From a virus (lineage: Duplodnaviria > Heunggongvirae > Uroviricota > Caudoviricetes): 55,908 bases of DNA. This document shows, piece by piece, positions 21,110 through 31,179 of this stretch (positions are counted from its first letter, which is position 1; every line of letters starts with the position of its first letter). Where the stretch lies: positions 268,837 through 324,744 of IMG/VR virus record IMGVR_UViG_3300037424_001372; one strand, written 5' to 3'. Under the pieces are notes generated by a model. That model saw only the letters and a list, made by a program, of their open reading frames with translations, did no database searches and was not told the origin of the DNA. Position numbers and translations under genes: made by a program.

Positions 21110-21275
21110 AATTTTTAATATTAATGATCAAATAAATAACCACACATAACATGCAATGTATTATTTGTACTAATTTTGAAGCGTTCTGCCTCGCATTAAC
21201 GTTAGTGCGACTCGATAGGCTTGTATCTCGTAATCAGCCACAGCCATATTGCCAACCATTATAAGTAATAAAAAA

Positions 21276-21587
21276 TTAATCAGATATTTTAGTTTCAATA
21301 AATTCTATCTCAATAAGTTTAGAACATGAAGATTTATGAATTGACATATCATCATGAATCATAACAAATCCAGAATTATCAAAACCTAAACATTCGCCAA
21401 ACATATTGGGATAATCTTTATGTTTTCCGATCTTATATAATATTTTATCACCTTTTATTATTTCATTTTCATCAGTAATGTAGAATTTATTATTTTGTTT
21501 AATTAATTTTTTACTACTGATAACATCAAATATATTCAAGTTTTCTTGTGCTTCGTTGAAACTTTTTATGCGTTTTAAATCTTTCAT
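21276..21587 (-). CDS. hypothetical protein
   Basis: MKDLKRIKSFNE N-terminus; LNIFDVISS segment is an attC arm read antisense. Confidence 0.65.
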   Translation of the reverse strand: MKDLKRIKSFNEAQENLNIFDVISSKKLIKQNNKFYITDENEIIKGDKILYKIGKHKDYPNMFGECLGFDNSGFVMIHDDMSIHKSSCSKLIEIEFIETKISD

Positions 21588-21731
21588 CTTTTTATATTAT
21601 TTTTTGAATCTGGAATAGTAACATCATTACCATCACCAATTTTTTCAACATTAATTTTCATAATTTTAATTTTTTTTTATGTAATTATTTTTATCTGTTT
21701 AAACAAGTGTTTTCGTAATTTACGGTACTGG

Positions 21732-21824
21732 TTATAACAACGTGTATAAAACATAACCAATTAAGGTATGTGGTTTATATCAAGCGTTGTGTATAGCTAC
21801 GTTTCATACACACAACCGTTATCG
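21732..21824 (+). repeat. attC-like recombination site
   Basis: TTATAAC-aa-CGTGTATAAAAC ... GTTTCATACACA-caacc-GTTATCG. Confidence 0.8.
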
Positions 21825-21830
21825 GCAACC

Positions 21831-22193
21831 TTAAAACAGCTCCGATATATCATTAAACTGTGATTTATGAATTTCACATTCTTTTGGCATTGGAATATTT
21901 TCATCATCACCTAAATCAAAATGATTTCCTTTAATTTGATTTTTAGGTGTATATAAAAAACATTTCTTTTCTGTGCAGTAAAGTAAATCAACTTTGCGTT
22001 CCCATTCACTACCGTTGTAATAATTACCATATATTTCGGTTTCTTTTTTATCCAAATTTTTACAATGGAAGCACGGTCTATCATTCAATGGATTTTTACT
22101 ACATGCTTTTTCATGGTATTCCATTTTAGACTTGCTTAGTCCGTGTTTTTTACAATGCTCGCAATAAAATACTTCTTTAGTTTTTGATTTCAT
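21831..22193 (-). CDS. Cys-rich Zn-binding hypothetical protein (cassette gene)
   Basis: YCEHCKK...HEKAC...CFHC; unit GTTATCGGC(21818)...GCCGATAAC(22224). Confidence 0.75.
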   Translation of the reverse strand: MKSKTKEVFYCEHCKKHGLSKSKMEYHEKACSKNPLNDRPCFHCKNLDKKETEIYGNYYNGSEWERKVDLLYCTEKKCFLYTPKNQIKGNHFDLGDDENIPMPKECEIHKSQFNDISELF

Positions 22194-22217
22194 GTCTTAA
22201 TAATTAAAAAAGGCAGC

Positions 22218-22310
22218 CGATAACACGTAATATAAAAAATTGGTTATCAAACCGCTGTGGTAAATTTAAAGTGTCTGCAAAGCCAACTTTTTATATTACC
22301 ACCATTATGT
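22218..22310 (+). repeat. attC-like site with mutated core (ATT instead of GTT)
   Basis: CGATAAC-ac-GTAATATAAAAAATTGG ... CCAACTTTTTATATTAC-cacc-ATTATGT. Confidence 0.75.
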
Positions 22311-22545
22311 TCAATAAAATAAAAATTATTCTTTGCGAACAAATTTGTTTAATTCATTTTGTATCCTTGTTAAATCTTCACCAGATATTTCTCCAACACC
22401 ATCATCATCTCTGTTTGTGGTCAACAAATTTGTTATTAAGTGTTGTGCAAATTTTAACATATCAGTATATGTAAACATTTTTTCTTCTTTTGAGTCCATA
22501 ATTTTTTACAATTTTATAACAACAAATAAATGTAATAAAATATCA

Positions 22546-22842
22546 CTATTGAGCATTTGGTGTTCCAAATATAGTTTTAAAATCATTCTTACATCTATTA
22601 ACGTCATCAGTATATCTTTGTTTGCCTTCATATCTCCAAAACTCATACCATTTAATTGGTTTAACTCTTGGTGTTAAAATAATTGGTTCATTTATTGGAC
22701 CCTTATCGCTTTTTCCAACAATTAAATTTATATTAAATATTATTGGAACTTTTATCGTAGAAATATCGGTTTCGGTGACATATATTTTACTTTTAATCTT
22801 TTTTGTTTTGGTAAAGTTAAACCAATTAAAAAACTTTTTCAT
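22546..22842 (-). CDS. hypothetical protein
   Basis: Co-directional ORF. Confidence 0.55.
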   Translation of the reverse strand: MKKFFNWFNFTKTKKIKSKIYVTETDISTIKVPIIFNINLIVGKSDKGPINEPIILTPRVKPIKWYEFWRYEGKQRYTDDVNRCKNDFKTIFGTPNAQ

Positions 22843-22876
22843 ATTAAATTTTCGTTAAGTGTTATTTAATATACAT

Positions 22877-23113
22877 TTAGCGGTAATTCTTTTCAAACTC
22901 CGCTATACTTAGTTCTTTCTTTTTGATATTTATCCACATCTGTAATACTTCTTCAAATTCTTCTAATGTTATATTGGTAGTAGCCATCATTTCAGCCTTC
23001 AACCATTCATAAACATCTAATTTGGAACTACCGCTAACAACAGATAAACTCAATTGCTTTCTGTATTGGTCAACGATAGTTAGTGCTTCTTTATACTGTT
23101 CATCTGTTATCAT
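22877..23113 (-). CDS. hypothetical protein (cassette gene)
   Basis: Start codon in the attC loop; QLSLSVVSGS is encoded by the attC left arm. Confidence 0.7.
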   Translation of the reverse strand: MITDEQYKEALTIVDQYRKQLSLSVVSGSSKLDVYEWLKAEMMATTNITLEEFEEVLQMWINIKKKELSIAEFEKNYR

Positions 23114-23161
23114 AATTTTGTTATTTTAATTCGCGATTGCGTTTATCTGCAAACGTTATCG
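23032..23161 (+). repeat. attC-like recombination site
   Basis: CGCTAAC-aa-CAGATAAACTCAATTGC ... GCGATTGCGTTTATCTG-caaac-GTTATCG. Confidence 0.85.
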
Positions 23162-23167
23162 CTCAGT

Positions 23168-23371
23168 TTAAGAATCACTCTTAAACAATGGATTTCTTAA
23201 ATTTATTTTGAACTCTAATTCACAATCATAATCAGTTGATTTTTTTATCATGCAAGCACAATAAAACATTATTGAATTTGCTACACTAATCATATCAGAT
23301 TGTTCTATTTTATAATATACAGTAAAAGGTAGTGCATTTCTACAAATATCGTCTGCTTGTTCTAGTGTCAT
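23168..23371 (-). CDS. hypothetical protein (cassette gene)
   Basis: Between GTTATCG(23155) and CGCTAAC(23401). Confidence 0.65.
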   Translation of the reverse strand: MTLEQADDICRNALPFTVYYKIEQSDMISVANSIMFYCACMIKKSTDYDCELEFKINLRNPLFKSDS

Positions 23372-23497
23372 ATATTTAATTAATAAAAACGAAACGCTAA
23401 CAAATGGTATAAAAAATTGCGGGTGTATAGCAGTCCGTAGGTTTGTAATTCTAATTAATATTTGTGTTCTATATTAAATGTTATGTGTTAATTGTAG

Positions 23498-23614
23498 TCA
23501 GAGTGGGAGGAATCGAACCTCCGTTTAGCTCGTTAGCAAAGGTTTGCTTTCACATCTACCTTTTCTGCCGAAGTTATTTAGGCATCCCACTTATCCAATT
23601 TGCGGTACACTCTG
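23498..23614 (-). ncRNA. tRNA-like RNA with abnormal anticodon arm and ~40-nt variable insert
   Basis: Acceptor CAGAGTG/CACTCTG, D-arm, T-arm GGAGG-TTCGATT-CCTCC; no 7-nt anticodon loop. Confidence 0.7.
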
Positions 23615-23632
23615 TTTTATAAAAACAACTAC

Positions 23633-23686
23633 TTATAACAACAAATATATTGTATTGAAACGACAATATGTTTACAGTCGTTACAT
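23633..23686 (+). repeat. short attC-like site
   Basis: TTATAAC-aa-CAAATATATTGT...ACAATATGTTTA-cagtc-GTTACAT; related degenerate copy at about 23914-23966. Confidence 0.55.
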
Positions 23687-23690
23687 ATAA

Positions 23691-23888
23691 TTATTTTAAA
23701 TTTTTGAGTTGTTCATATAAACCTTGTCCAACTATCATAAAGTTGCCTTTTGGTTCGTTTTTTTTACATTCTAAGTCAATCAACTCTTGTGGTATTTCAT
23801 CATCGTCATTGTATATTTCAAACAAGGGAAGGTATGGTACATAGCCCATTTGTTTCACAATAAACTTCATCGCTTCTTTCTTTTTCAT
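23691..23888 (-). CDS. hypothetical protein
   Basis: Likely start MKKKEA. Confidence 0.6.
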   Translation of the reverse strand: MKKKEAMKFIVKQMGYVPYLPLFEIYNDDDEIPQELIDLECKKNEPKGNFMIVGQGLYEQLKNLK

Positions 23889-24007
23889 ATAGTAAAAATT
23901 TAAAATAACATGTTTATAATAACAAATAAAACACATTAAAACGATGTTTGATTAAAACCGTTAAGTGTTATTTAAAATACATTTTTTTGTAAACGTTAGC
24001 GGTAAGT

Positions 24008-24271
24008 TTAAAAAACACCGTCTGCCAGTATTTCATCAATAAATTTAGATGACATTTCGTCTTGTTCTTTCGATGCCCTGTGTTCAATTTTAAAGGATAC
24101 TACTTTGTCAGATTTTTTAGTGTTAATAAAATCTTCTAATTTTTGATAACTATCAGAGTTTGAATAAAGAGTAATTGTTCTATCGTTTCTCCAATCATTA
24201 TCAACTTTGAAATTTATAATAAATCTGTGAGTAAATCCTTCAAACTGTTCTTTTGAATACTTAATTTCCAT
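24008..24271 (-). CDS. hypothetical protein
   Basis: Follows the GTTAGCG core at 23995. Confidence 0.7.
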   Translation of the reverse strand: MEIKYSKEQFEGFTHRFIINFKVDNDWRNDRTITLYSNSDSYQKLEDFINTKKSDKVVSFKIEHRASKEQDEMSSKFIDEILADGVF

Positions 24272-24415
24272 TTTTGAATATGTTTTAAAATTTTAATAAT
24301 TAAATAAAAACGGCATGTAACATATAGTATGTCGCATATGGGTTTTATTTGTTATTAGCGTTGCCGTAGGGTGACTGTGCGTACCTTCTAATACCACACG
24401 AAGCCAACGTTATAC

Positions 24416-24646
24416 TCAGTTAAAGCCTTCGAGTAGAACTTCTAACCAAATTTTAGCTTCCCTTACATTACCAATAATATACATTTCTTGAGCATCGCTC
24501 AATTCGTTGAGTAATTTTTGTTTTTTGTCATTTTCAATTTCTAATGTTCCTGCCGTTTTGGAAACATGTGAATAAACTTTATATTGCTCAACATCATTTA
24601 GTTTGGCAAGTACATGTTCTATTGCTTTCTTTTGTAATTTCATCAT
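24416..24646 (-). CDS. hypothetical protein (cassette gene)
   Basis: Unit GTTATACTC(24409)...GGGTATAAC(24672). Confidence 0.7.
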   Translation of the reverse strand: MMKLQKKAIEHVLAKLNDVEQYKVYSHVSKTAGTLEIENDKKQKLLNELSDAQEMYIIGNVREAKIWLEVLLEGFN

Positions 24647-24675
24647 TTTTTAAATTTAAAAATGGGTATAACACA

Positions 24676-25080
24676 CTAAAAAGGGAGTAAATCGTTATCA
24701 ATTTCTTTAATTTTTTTCATATTTATGGAGTTTTGATAAGAGGTTTCGTAATTATAACGAGCAACAACATTTTCGGTTATTTCAATAGCTTTTTTACAAA
24801 CAATAATATCGTCATTATTTAAATCCATTGTATCACGAAAGCTTAACTCATCTAATAATTTAGTTAATGCAACTGCATATAGTTCAACATCATCCTCAAT
24901 GTGATTTGATGCAACTTCGCTTCTTGAAAGTCCTTTAAAATTTTCAACATTCATCCTCAAATAATCGTGATGATATGTATATGGGACACGACATTCCGAA
25001 TGAGATAATTTTTTGATAACAGAATTAAAATATTCTTGGTTAACATGGTTTGTTTTGTTTACACTGATTTCAAAACTCAT
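24676..25080 (-). CDS. hypothetical protein
   Basis: Intact ORF; YTYHHDYLR motif. Confidence 0.7.
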   Translation of the reverse strand: MSFEISVNKTNHVNQEYFNSVIKKLSHSECRVPYTYHHDYLRMNVENFKGLSRSEVASNHIEDDVELYAVALTKLLDELSFRDTMDLNNDDIIVCKKAIEITENVVARYNYETSYQNSINMKKIKEIDNDLLPF

Positions 25081-25417
25081 GTGGTTAATTTTTAAATTTT
25101 GTTTTGTTTTAAGTTATTTGTTTGAAATTCAATAAAAAACTGGCACTAACATACTGCAATGGTAATTTTGTTAGTAACACTAAAAAGACAGCAAATCGTT
25201 GTCAATTTCTTCACTGTTTAATATTTTTATATCTCGTAAATGAAACCAAATTATGTATTGTTCGGCAAGTAAAAATTGATATACAGTTTTATCAATTTCA
25301 CATATAATACCTTCTGTTCCATTATACAATTTAACTTTGTCACCAATTTTTACAATCATTTTTTCATCTTATTTTAAGAATATCCACGTCTCCATTATAT
25401 TAATTAGTTTAATTTTG

Positions 25418-25488
25418 TTGACCTACAAGGATTTGAACCTCGACTAACAGAACCAAAATCTGCTGTGCTACCATTACACAATAGGTCA
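25418..25488 (-). tRNA. trnQ: tRNA-Gln (UUG)
   Basis: TGACCTA/TAGGTCA acceptor, GCAGA-TT-TTG-GT-TCTGT anticodon arm, TTCAAAT T-loop. Confidence 0.92.
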
Positions 25489-25524
25489 ATTTAAGACCGT
25501 AATTTTACGGTCTTAAACATTTAA

Positions 25525-25896
25525 TTATTTACGAAGTTTCTCCAAATCTTCGATTAACATTTCCCTTAATTTACCCTCTTGTTTTTCGGCAATAAGAGAA
25601 TCAATTTTCTGATTATGCGCCTTAATGTCGGCAGCATTTCTAAGTTCGTCAGCTTCTTTTTTCTTTGACAAATATACATCTTTCAGAATGTCAAACCTAA
25701 GTTGATTTTCAATATCAACCACTTTCGTATCTTCCAAAAAAGATAACTCGTCATCATCATTCTTTTTTAACACTTTTTTTACTGCTTTAATAGCATTTGA
25801 CAACTGTGTTTGAGATAAATCCCAAAGTTGTTCTGCCGATAATTGACCCACATTAGTCAAAAATCTTAATTTTAATTGTGATGCCTGTTTGTACAT
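25525..25896 (-). CDS. conserved phage coiled-coil protein
   Basis: ASQLKLRF...GQLSAEQLWDL...LRFDILKDV pattern; adjacent to the ~700-aa gene. Confidence 0.8.
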   Translation of the reverse strand: MYKQASQLKLRFLTNVGQLSAEQLWDLSQTQLSNAIKAVKKVLKKNDDDELSFLEDTKVVDIENQLRFDILKDVYLSKKKEADELRNAADIKAHNQKIDSLIAEKQEGKLREMLIEDLEKLRK

Positions 25897-25915
25897 AATT
25901 TTTAAATTTAAGTTA

Positions 25916-28012
25916 TTAAAATTTTATTTTGATTGTTCTTTTAAAGCTCCCTTGCAATTTTACAATAAGCTCGTCTTTTACTGTTGCATTAAATCCAAGT
26001 CCAGATAATTGTTTTTCGACAGGTTCGATCATCGTGGTATTACCAAGCACCTCTAAAACCTTTCGGTGTTGAGCTAACTCAGGAATAAGATTTTCAGCAT
26101 GAAAAGACCTTATTGAAACAGGACATTTGCAATTATCAAGCATAAATAAATAATGCTTATTCCCCGAATTGCTACCCGTCCAATGATTAGGAGACAAACA
26201 AACCAAGTTTACTTTATGAAATTGTTCAGTTTGTAATCCGTATAATTCTTTTGATGAATATGATTCCTTTTGATGATGTTCTATTGAAAATATTCCGTTT
26301 TTCAATGTTACTGTAGCAATAGCTGTATCATTTTTTATATTGCCCAAACATTCATAAGAATAAATTTCTCCTTCAATTTCAATCTCAGCTTTAAATCCTG
26401 AGTTATTATTCCCATCGAAATTCCTATTGAAAAAATAATATCTACCATCCATCATTTGGGCTTTATTTTGCCATGTAATATTTTCAACCCCTAATTTAGA
26501 TGGTCAAATCATATCCACATCAAGCCACCCCTTTGTATATTTATCCTGTTTGTTTGAAAAATAAATTTCAGTTACAGGAGTTTTACAATGAGCATCAAAA
26601 TCAACAATACTTCTGCCATCTTCGTTCCAAATAATGGAAAACCTCAATATCCCATCAACTCTACCACCAGCAGTTTTTACTGCTTCTTTAATCTGAGATT
26701 TTCCAGCTAAATTACCATTAAAAGTCCATGAATAATTATTTGGCCATTTAAAAATAGGTTTACTTTCTTTAATGTTTGCTGTGGTTAAGGATACTAAATT
26801 GCCTTCGTGTTTATTTGACAAATAAACCTCAACAGAAGTGCATTCAGGTAAAATATCCTGCATGAATTTTTCAATCGAAACTTCGTCAATACCATCAAAC
26901 TCGCTTTTTTTATGCCTCGTTGAAGTCGATTTTAAACCATCAAAAATCGATACAGGCTTAATCTCCCCCTTACCAACATTTACATGAAGAATTTCTGAAG
27001 CTTTGATATCATCAATGGTCGCAAATCTTCTGTTAAAAGATTCTTCATATCCATTTTCTTCGACAAACTTTTTAGCCTCTTCAATTTGCCTTTTAGTTAT
27101 TGGAGCAACTGCTTTCATGTAATTAGCTGGATCAACCCTCTTGTTCCATGCTTGACAAGCATCATTTAACTCCTTTCCCTCCGCAAGTTCAGTACACAAA
27201 ACACCGATTAACTCATTTTTGAATTTGGCGAATTGAAGTTTATAGGAATTTACCCAACACCAATTGTCTTTTTTATCAACAGAAAGCAAATCGTACTGAT
27301 TTTTCATCGGTATCACCTGTTCAATTTTATATAGATGGGTTTGACCATCCAATAAGCTGCCTTGATTAATAAGGTCTTTTACTAAATTCAAAGTATCTAA
27401 AGGTATCTCTGCCATAGCCCTTTGAAATACGTTTTTCGCATCCCGATAATCAGCCATTATTGATTCAATTGACTTACTACCCATGTCAACAAATTGTTTT
27501 GAAACAAATAAATGTAAATGGTTGAAAGTCTTAATTTCTTCAGGCTTAACTACACCATATTTTTCAGCTTCTTCTTTAGTGTATCGTTTTACATTCTTAT
27601 CAACACCCAATTTAAATAAAGTATTGTTTTTATTGCAACTTTCGTAAGGTAATGAGTTTAATTCATTGAAAGTTTCAAAAAACACCTCTGAAATTTTAGC
27701 TGCTTTTAAGGCAACTGAAATTGATTTTACAACCGAAATAAATTCATCAGAAGCATCAATATCAAACATTGTGATTATATTGTAGGCTTCATCAACGGCA
27801 ACAATATTCCCATACCTACGAATGAAGTTTTTACACAAATTACAATTATGAGTAGAGCTTTCAGGGTCTCTAAAAATAGGATCGTATTTTTTTTCGAACC
27901 CATTAATGTATAAATCCCAAACTTGCTGTCCAGTTAAAGAACTCCTGAACAATTTTCCTGTAGCACACATTTTATCAAATTGTGCTTGAATCATTTTTGT
28001 TAATTCAATCAT
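25916..28012 (-). pseudogene. ~698-aa phage protein split by one in-frame TGA
   Basis: ORFs 26504-28012 and 25916-26455 are in frame: WLDVDMI*PSKLGVENITW, TGA at 26504-26506. Confidence 0.75.
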
Positions 28013-28133
28013 TATTATCGTTTTAAATTATTACTGTTCACAAATATTATATTTCATATAATAATTAGTTTAACCGAATCGGTTAAACATTATTTCAATT
28101 TAGTGGATATGTGATTAAACACACTTCTTGCAA

Positions 28134-28159
28134 TACGAAAGTAATTTGAAATTGTTACA
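28134..28159 (-). promoter_or_regulatory. phage promoter motif
   Basis: TACGAA-N14-GTTACA. Confidence 0.8.
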
Positions 28160-28161
28160 AT

Positions 28162-29265
28162 TTAAAATTCATCTAATTTTTTCAAATAATTTTCTAATGT
28201 TGCATCATATGCCAATCGCCAATAACTTTTATCAGGATTCATAATGTTATTAGTAAAACCAATTTCAAAAAATCTGTTAAGAAAATTCATCAAACCAATA
28301 CTTTTAATTTTAATATTAATCACATGTTTTGAATAATAATTCCTATGAAATTTACCAAATAATTTTTCGATTTCATCATTATAAACTGGCTCAATATATT
28401 TTAAACCAAATATTTGATAAATTTTTTCACAAATCTTTTTTCGATACTCTTCAGATATTTTAATTTTTACAAATTCATTATCCTTAATAATGCACCCATC
28501 TGGAATATTGATAAATTCTGTAAGTTCATCCACATCATAACTATATGAATCATGAAAACTCATCGATATGGTAAAATTACCACCACAATCATTAAATTCA
28601 AGCCAAGGATGGAAAACAACTTCATTATAATCAATAACTTTGGGTATTGACATAGATTCAATTACTTCATTTTCTTTTACTTCATCGGTTAAAAGTTCAA
28701 ATCCTTCAATAATAATGTCTTCTTTACATTTCTCGGGATACAAATAAGCACGTTCTTTCATCAACTCGACCAAATTATCAGGAATGTTATCTGTAACATA
28801 AATGCAAACAGAATTATATGCAGGATATGTTGAAATTTCCATTGGTGGAATTGTTAAATAATTAGCAATTTCTTTTTCAACAGAAATAATTTCTTCTTCA
28901 ATACTACTTACATTATATTTAGTTCCTTCATAAAATGCTAGTGTATTATATAATCTTTTTAACCTATCGTTTTTTATATAATCAACATATTTTTGTTGTA
29001 CAATTTTACACTCTTCAATATTAGTTTTATCGAAGATATGTCCCAAACCATTATTAGAATATTTGGGATTTGGATAAATTGTTACAGGTCTTTTACAACC
29101 ATCATCATCAACTTGACAAATATATTGATGAAATTTATCACTAATTTCATTATCAACTAATTTGTGTCCGACACTACATTCACCAATTTGTCCGGTTATA
29201 AAAGCACACATTTCACGTTCAAAGTTTCCTGCATAACTATTGGTGTGTATGATAAATTTTTTCAT
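28162..29265 (-). CDS. hypothetical protein
   Basis: 367-aa ORF behind the promoter motif at 29293-29318. Confidence 0.75.
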   Translation of the reverse strand: MKKFIIHTNSYAGNFEREMCAFITGQIGECSVGHKLVDNEISDKFHQYICQVDDDGCKRPVTIYPNPKYSNNGLGHIFDKTNIEECKIVQQKYVDYIKNDRLKRLYNTLAFYEGTKYNVSSIEEEIISVEKEIANYLTIPPMEISTYPAYNSVCIYVTDNIPDNLVELMKERAYLYPEKCKEDIIIEGFELLTDEVKENEVIESMSIPKVIDYNEVVFHPWLEFNDCGGNFTISMSFHDSYSYDVDELTEFINIPDGCIIKDNEFVKIKISEEYRKKICEKIYQIFGLKYIEPVYNDEIEKLFGKFHRNYYSKHVINIKIKSIGLMNFLNRFFEIGFTNNIMNPDKSYWRLAYDATLENYLKKLDEF

Positions 29266-29323
29266 TATGTTTTTTATTGGTTATAATTATGATACGAATG
29301 CTAATCTGAATTGTTATAATAGA

Positions 29324-29662
29324 TTAACGACAGTCATTAACCATATCAACCATGTTATCATAACACTCTTCAAACGAATAATCATCAAATTTCCATAAAT
29401 AATTATATGAATTACCGCCACAATCATAATCAATATCCAATCCAATGGAGTTTTCAAAGATATAACAATTAATAGTCCAATTACTATTCGGAATGTTCTT
29501 CACAAAAGCCTTATCGCACCATTTATCAAAATTACCTTCACCATAGCAATAACTATCATTGGTTCCGAATTTAAAACCTTCATTTTTAATGTGTTCTAAT
29601 ACTTCAACAGTGAATATATTAGGAAAATCATTTTTGTATGGATTGTCATTTAAACTTTTCAT
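29324..29662 (-). CDS. hypothetical protein
   Basis: Intact ORF. Confidence 0.7.
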   Translation of the reverse strand: MKSLNDNPYKNDFPNIFTVEVLEHIKNEGFKFGTNDSYCYGEGNFDKWCDKAFVKNIPNSNWTINCYIFENSIGLDIDYDCGGNSYNYLWKFDDYSFEECYDNMVDMVNDCR

Positions 29663-29681
29663 TATAATTATTATTTAATTG

Positions 29682-29963
29682 TTAATAGAAATCATTATAC
29701 TCTACATATGTTTTACCATATGTTCTTTCATAATCATTAATATATTTTCTTCTAATATCAACCATATTATCGACAAGACTACCACAAATACCATTAGCAC
29801 GTCTCAATAAATAAATTGATACCTCACAAGTTAATATGTGTTGAATAGCTTCCGCTTCTTCGAATGGAACTAAACCATCTTCATTAGTTTTTTCAAAATC
29901 AATTTCACGACCATCTTGGTCATAATAATCAATGTTTGTCGTTACTGGTAATGTTACTCGCAT
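29682..29963 (-). CDS. hypothetical protein
   Basis: Intact ORF. Confidence 0.7.
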   Translation of the reverse strand: MRVTLPVTTNIDYYDQDGREIDFEKTNEDGLVPFEEAEAIQHILTCEVSIYLLRRANGICGSLVDNMVDIRRKYINDYERTYGKTYVEYNDFY

Positions 29964-30317
29964 GTCAAATTTATTTGTTATGTTTGCTTTAAAAATAATA
30001 CCAATATTTTAAAAATGTTACAGTAGTTCTGGCAAAACTCCATCCATCACCATCACCATATCGTTGATTGCCAAATATACCATTTTCAAAATAATCAATA
30101 AAATATAAAAATGGTGCGTATAAACACAACATTAAACGCCATAAATAACGAAATATTATCATAACCTGAATTTATTGGTTTTAATTATAATACGAATACA
30201 AAAGAGAATTGTTACAAATTAACTTAAAACACAAATAACACTTTTTTCATATCAAAATAGGAAATTCAAAAATCTTTCATTACCTTTACCAAATAAATTT
30301 TAATAAAAATTCACAAT

Positions 30318-30644
30318 ATGAGATTTGTTGACGAATTATGTGTTAAATTATCTAATTTAAATCCAAAACCAAACGTTAATAACAATGATTTAGATTTGAA
30401 AATTAAACGAGAATTGACTGGCACCAGAGGTTCAGTTTTTAATTTAATTTCAACTGAAACAAATGAATTAATATTATTTAATAGTATTTTAGTTGCCGAA
30501 GGTATATTAGATGACATACCAATAAATTTAATATTAAATAATATTTTTGATAATAATAGTACTGGTATCTTATTAGATGACATACCATTAGATTTAATAT
30601 TAAATAATATTTTTGATAATAATTCTAGTATCTTAGATTTTTGA
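30318..30644 (+). CDS. hypothetical protein with internal ~22-aa duplication
   Basis: LDDIP(I/L)(N/D)LILNNIFDNNS occurs twice. Confidence 0.5.
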   Translation: MRFVDELCVKLSNLNPKPNVNNNDLDLKIKRELTGTRGSVFNLISTETNELILFNSILVAEGILDDIPINLILNNIFDNNSTGILLDDIPLDLILNNIFDNNSSILDF

Positions 30645-30672
30645 TTAAAAACGAATTCAAATTAACATTAAC

Positions 30673-30873
30673 ATGGAATCAATCAATTTACAATTTTACC
30701 AACAACTGAAAAATAAATTAAATGACTCTGGCATATATAAACCAAATTCGATTCAATTTATGAATATAGATGAGATGTCGATAATATTTAGGGCATTTTA
30801 CTATGATGAAAACTATAATTTAACAACCGAAATATTATTAGATCACTCGTTAGATGAAATTCTATATGAATAA
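30673..30873 (+). CDS. small hypothetical protein
   Basis: Member of the plus-strand mini-gene run. Confidence 0.5.
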   Translation: MESINLQFYQQLKNKLNDSGIYKPNSIQFMNIDEMSIIFRAFYYDENYNLTTEILLDHSLDEILYE

Positions 30874-30982
30874 CCTGATATTAAATATCTTAGATTTTTG
30901 ATTAAAAAGTATAAATAATGAATAGAGAAATAATGAATAGAGAAATATTGCAATTAGATAATTTAGTAAAAAATATACTCAA

Positions 30983-31171
30983 ATGAATGCAAATATATGT
31001 GAAGTTTTAAGGGAAAATCTAATAAAACAGTGTTCCACATATTCTACATTTACGGATCATTTCATGGATATGAATGTAAAACAATATTTTAGTTTTACAA
31101 TAACTGATATAAATGATGCATGGGATATGGAAGTATTATTAGCATCCCTATTAGAAAACACCCTTAAATAA
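30983..31171 (+). CDS. small hypothetical protein
   Basis: Member of the plus-strand mini-gene run. Confidence 0.5.
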   Translation: MNANICEVLRENLIKQCSTYSTFTDHFMDMNVKQYFSFTITDINDAWDMEVLLASLLENTLK

Positions 31172-31179
31172 AATTCAAT

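Noticed and set aside
20768-28012. Genome-wide stop-codon reassignment (code 4, 15 or 25)
   Set aside because: Only two isolated in-frame stops of different type. Long genes are intact in the standard code, TAG and TGA end many genes normally, and no suppressor tRNA is seen.
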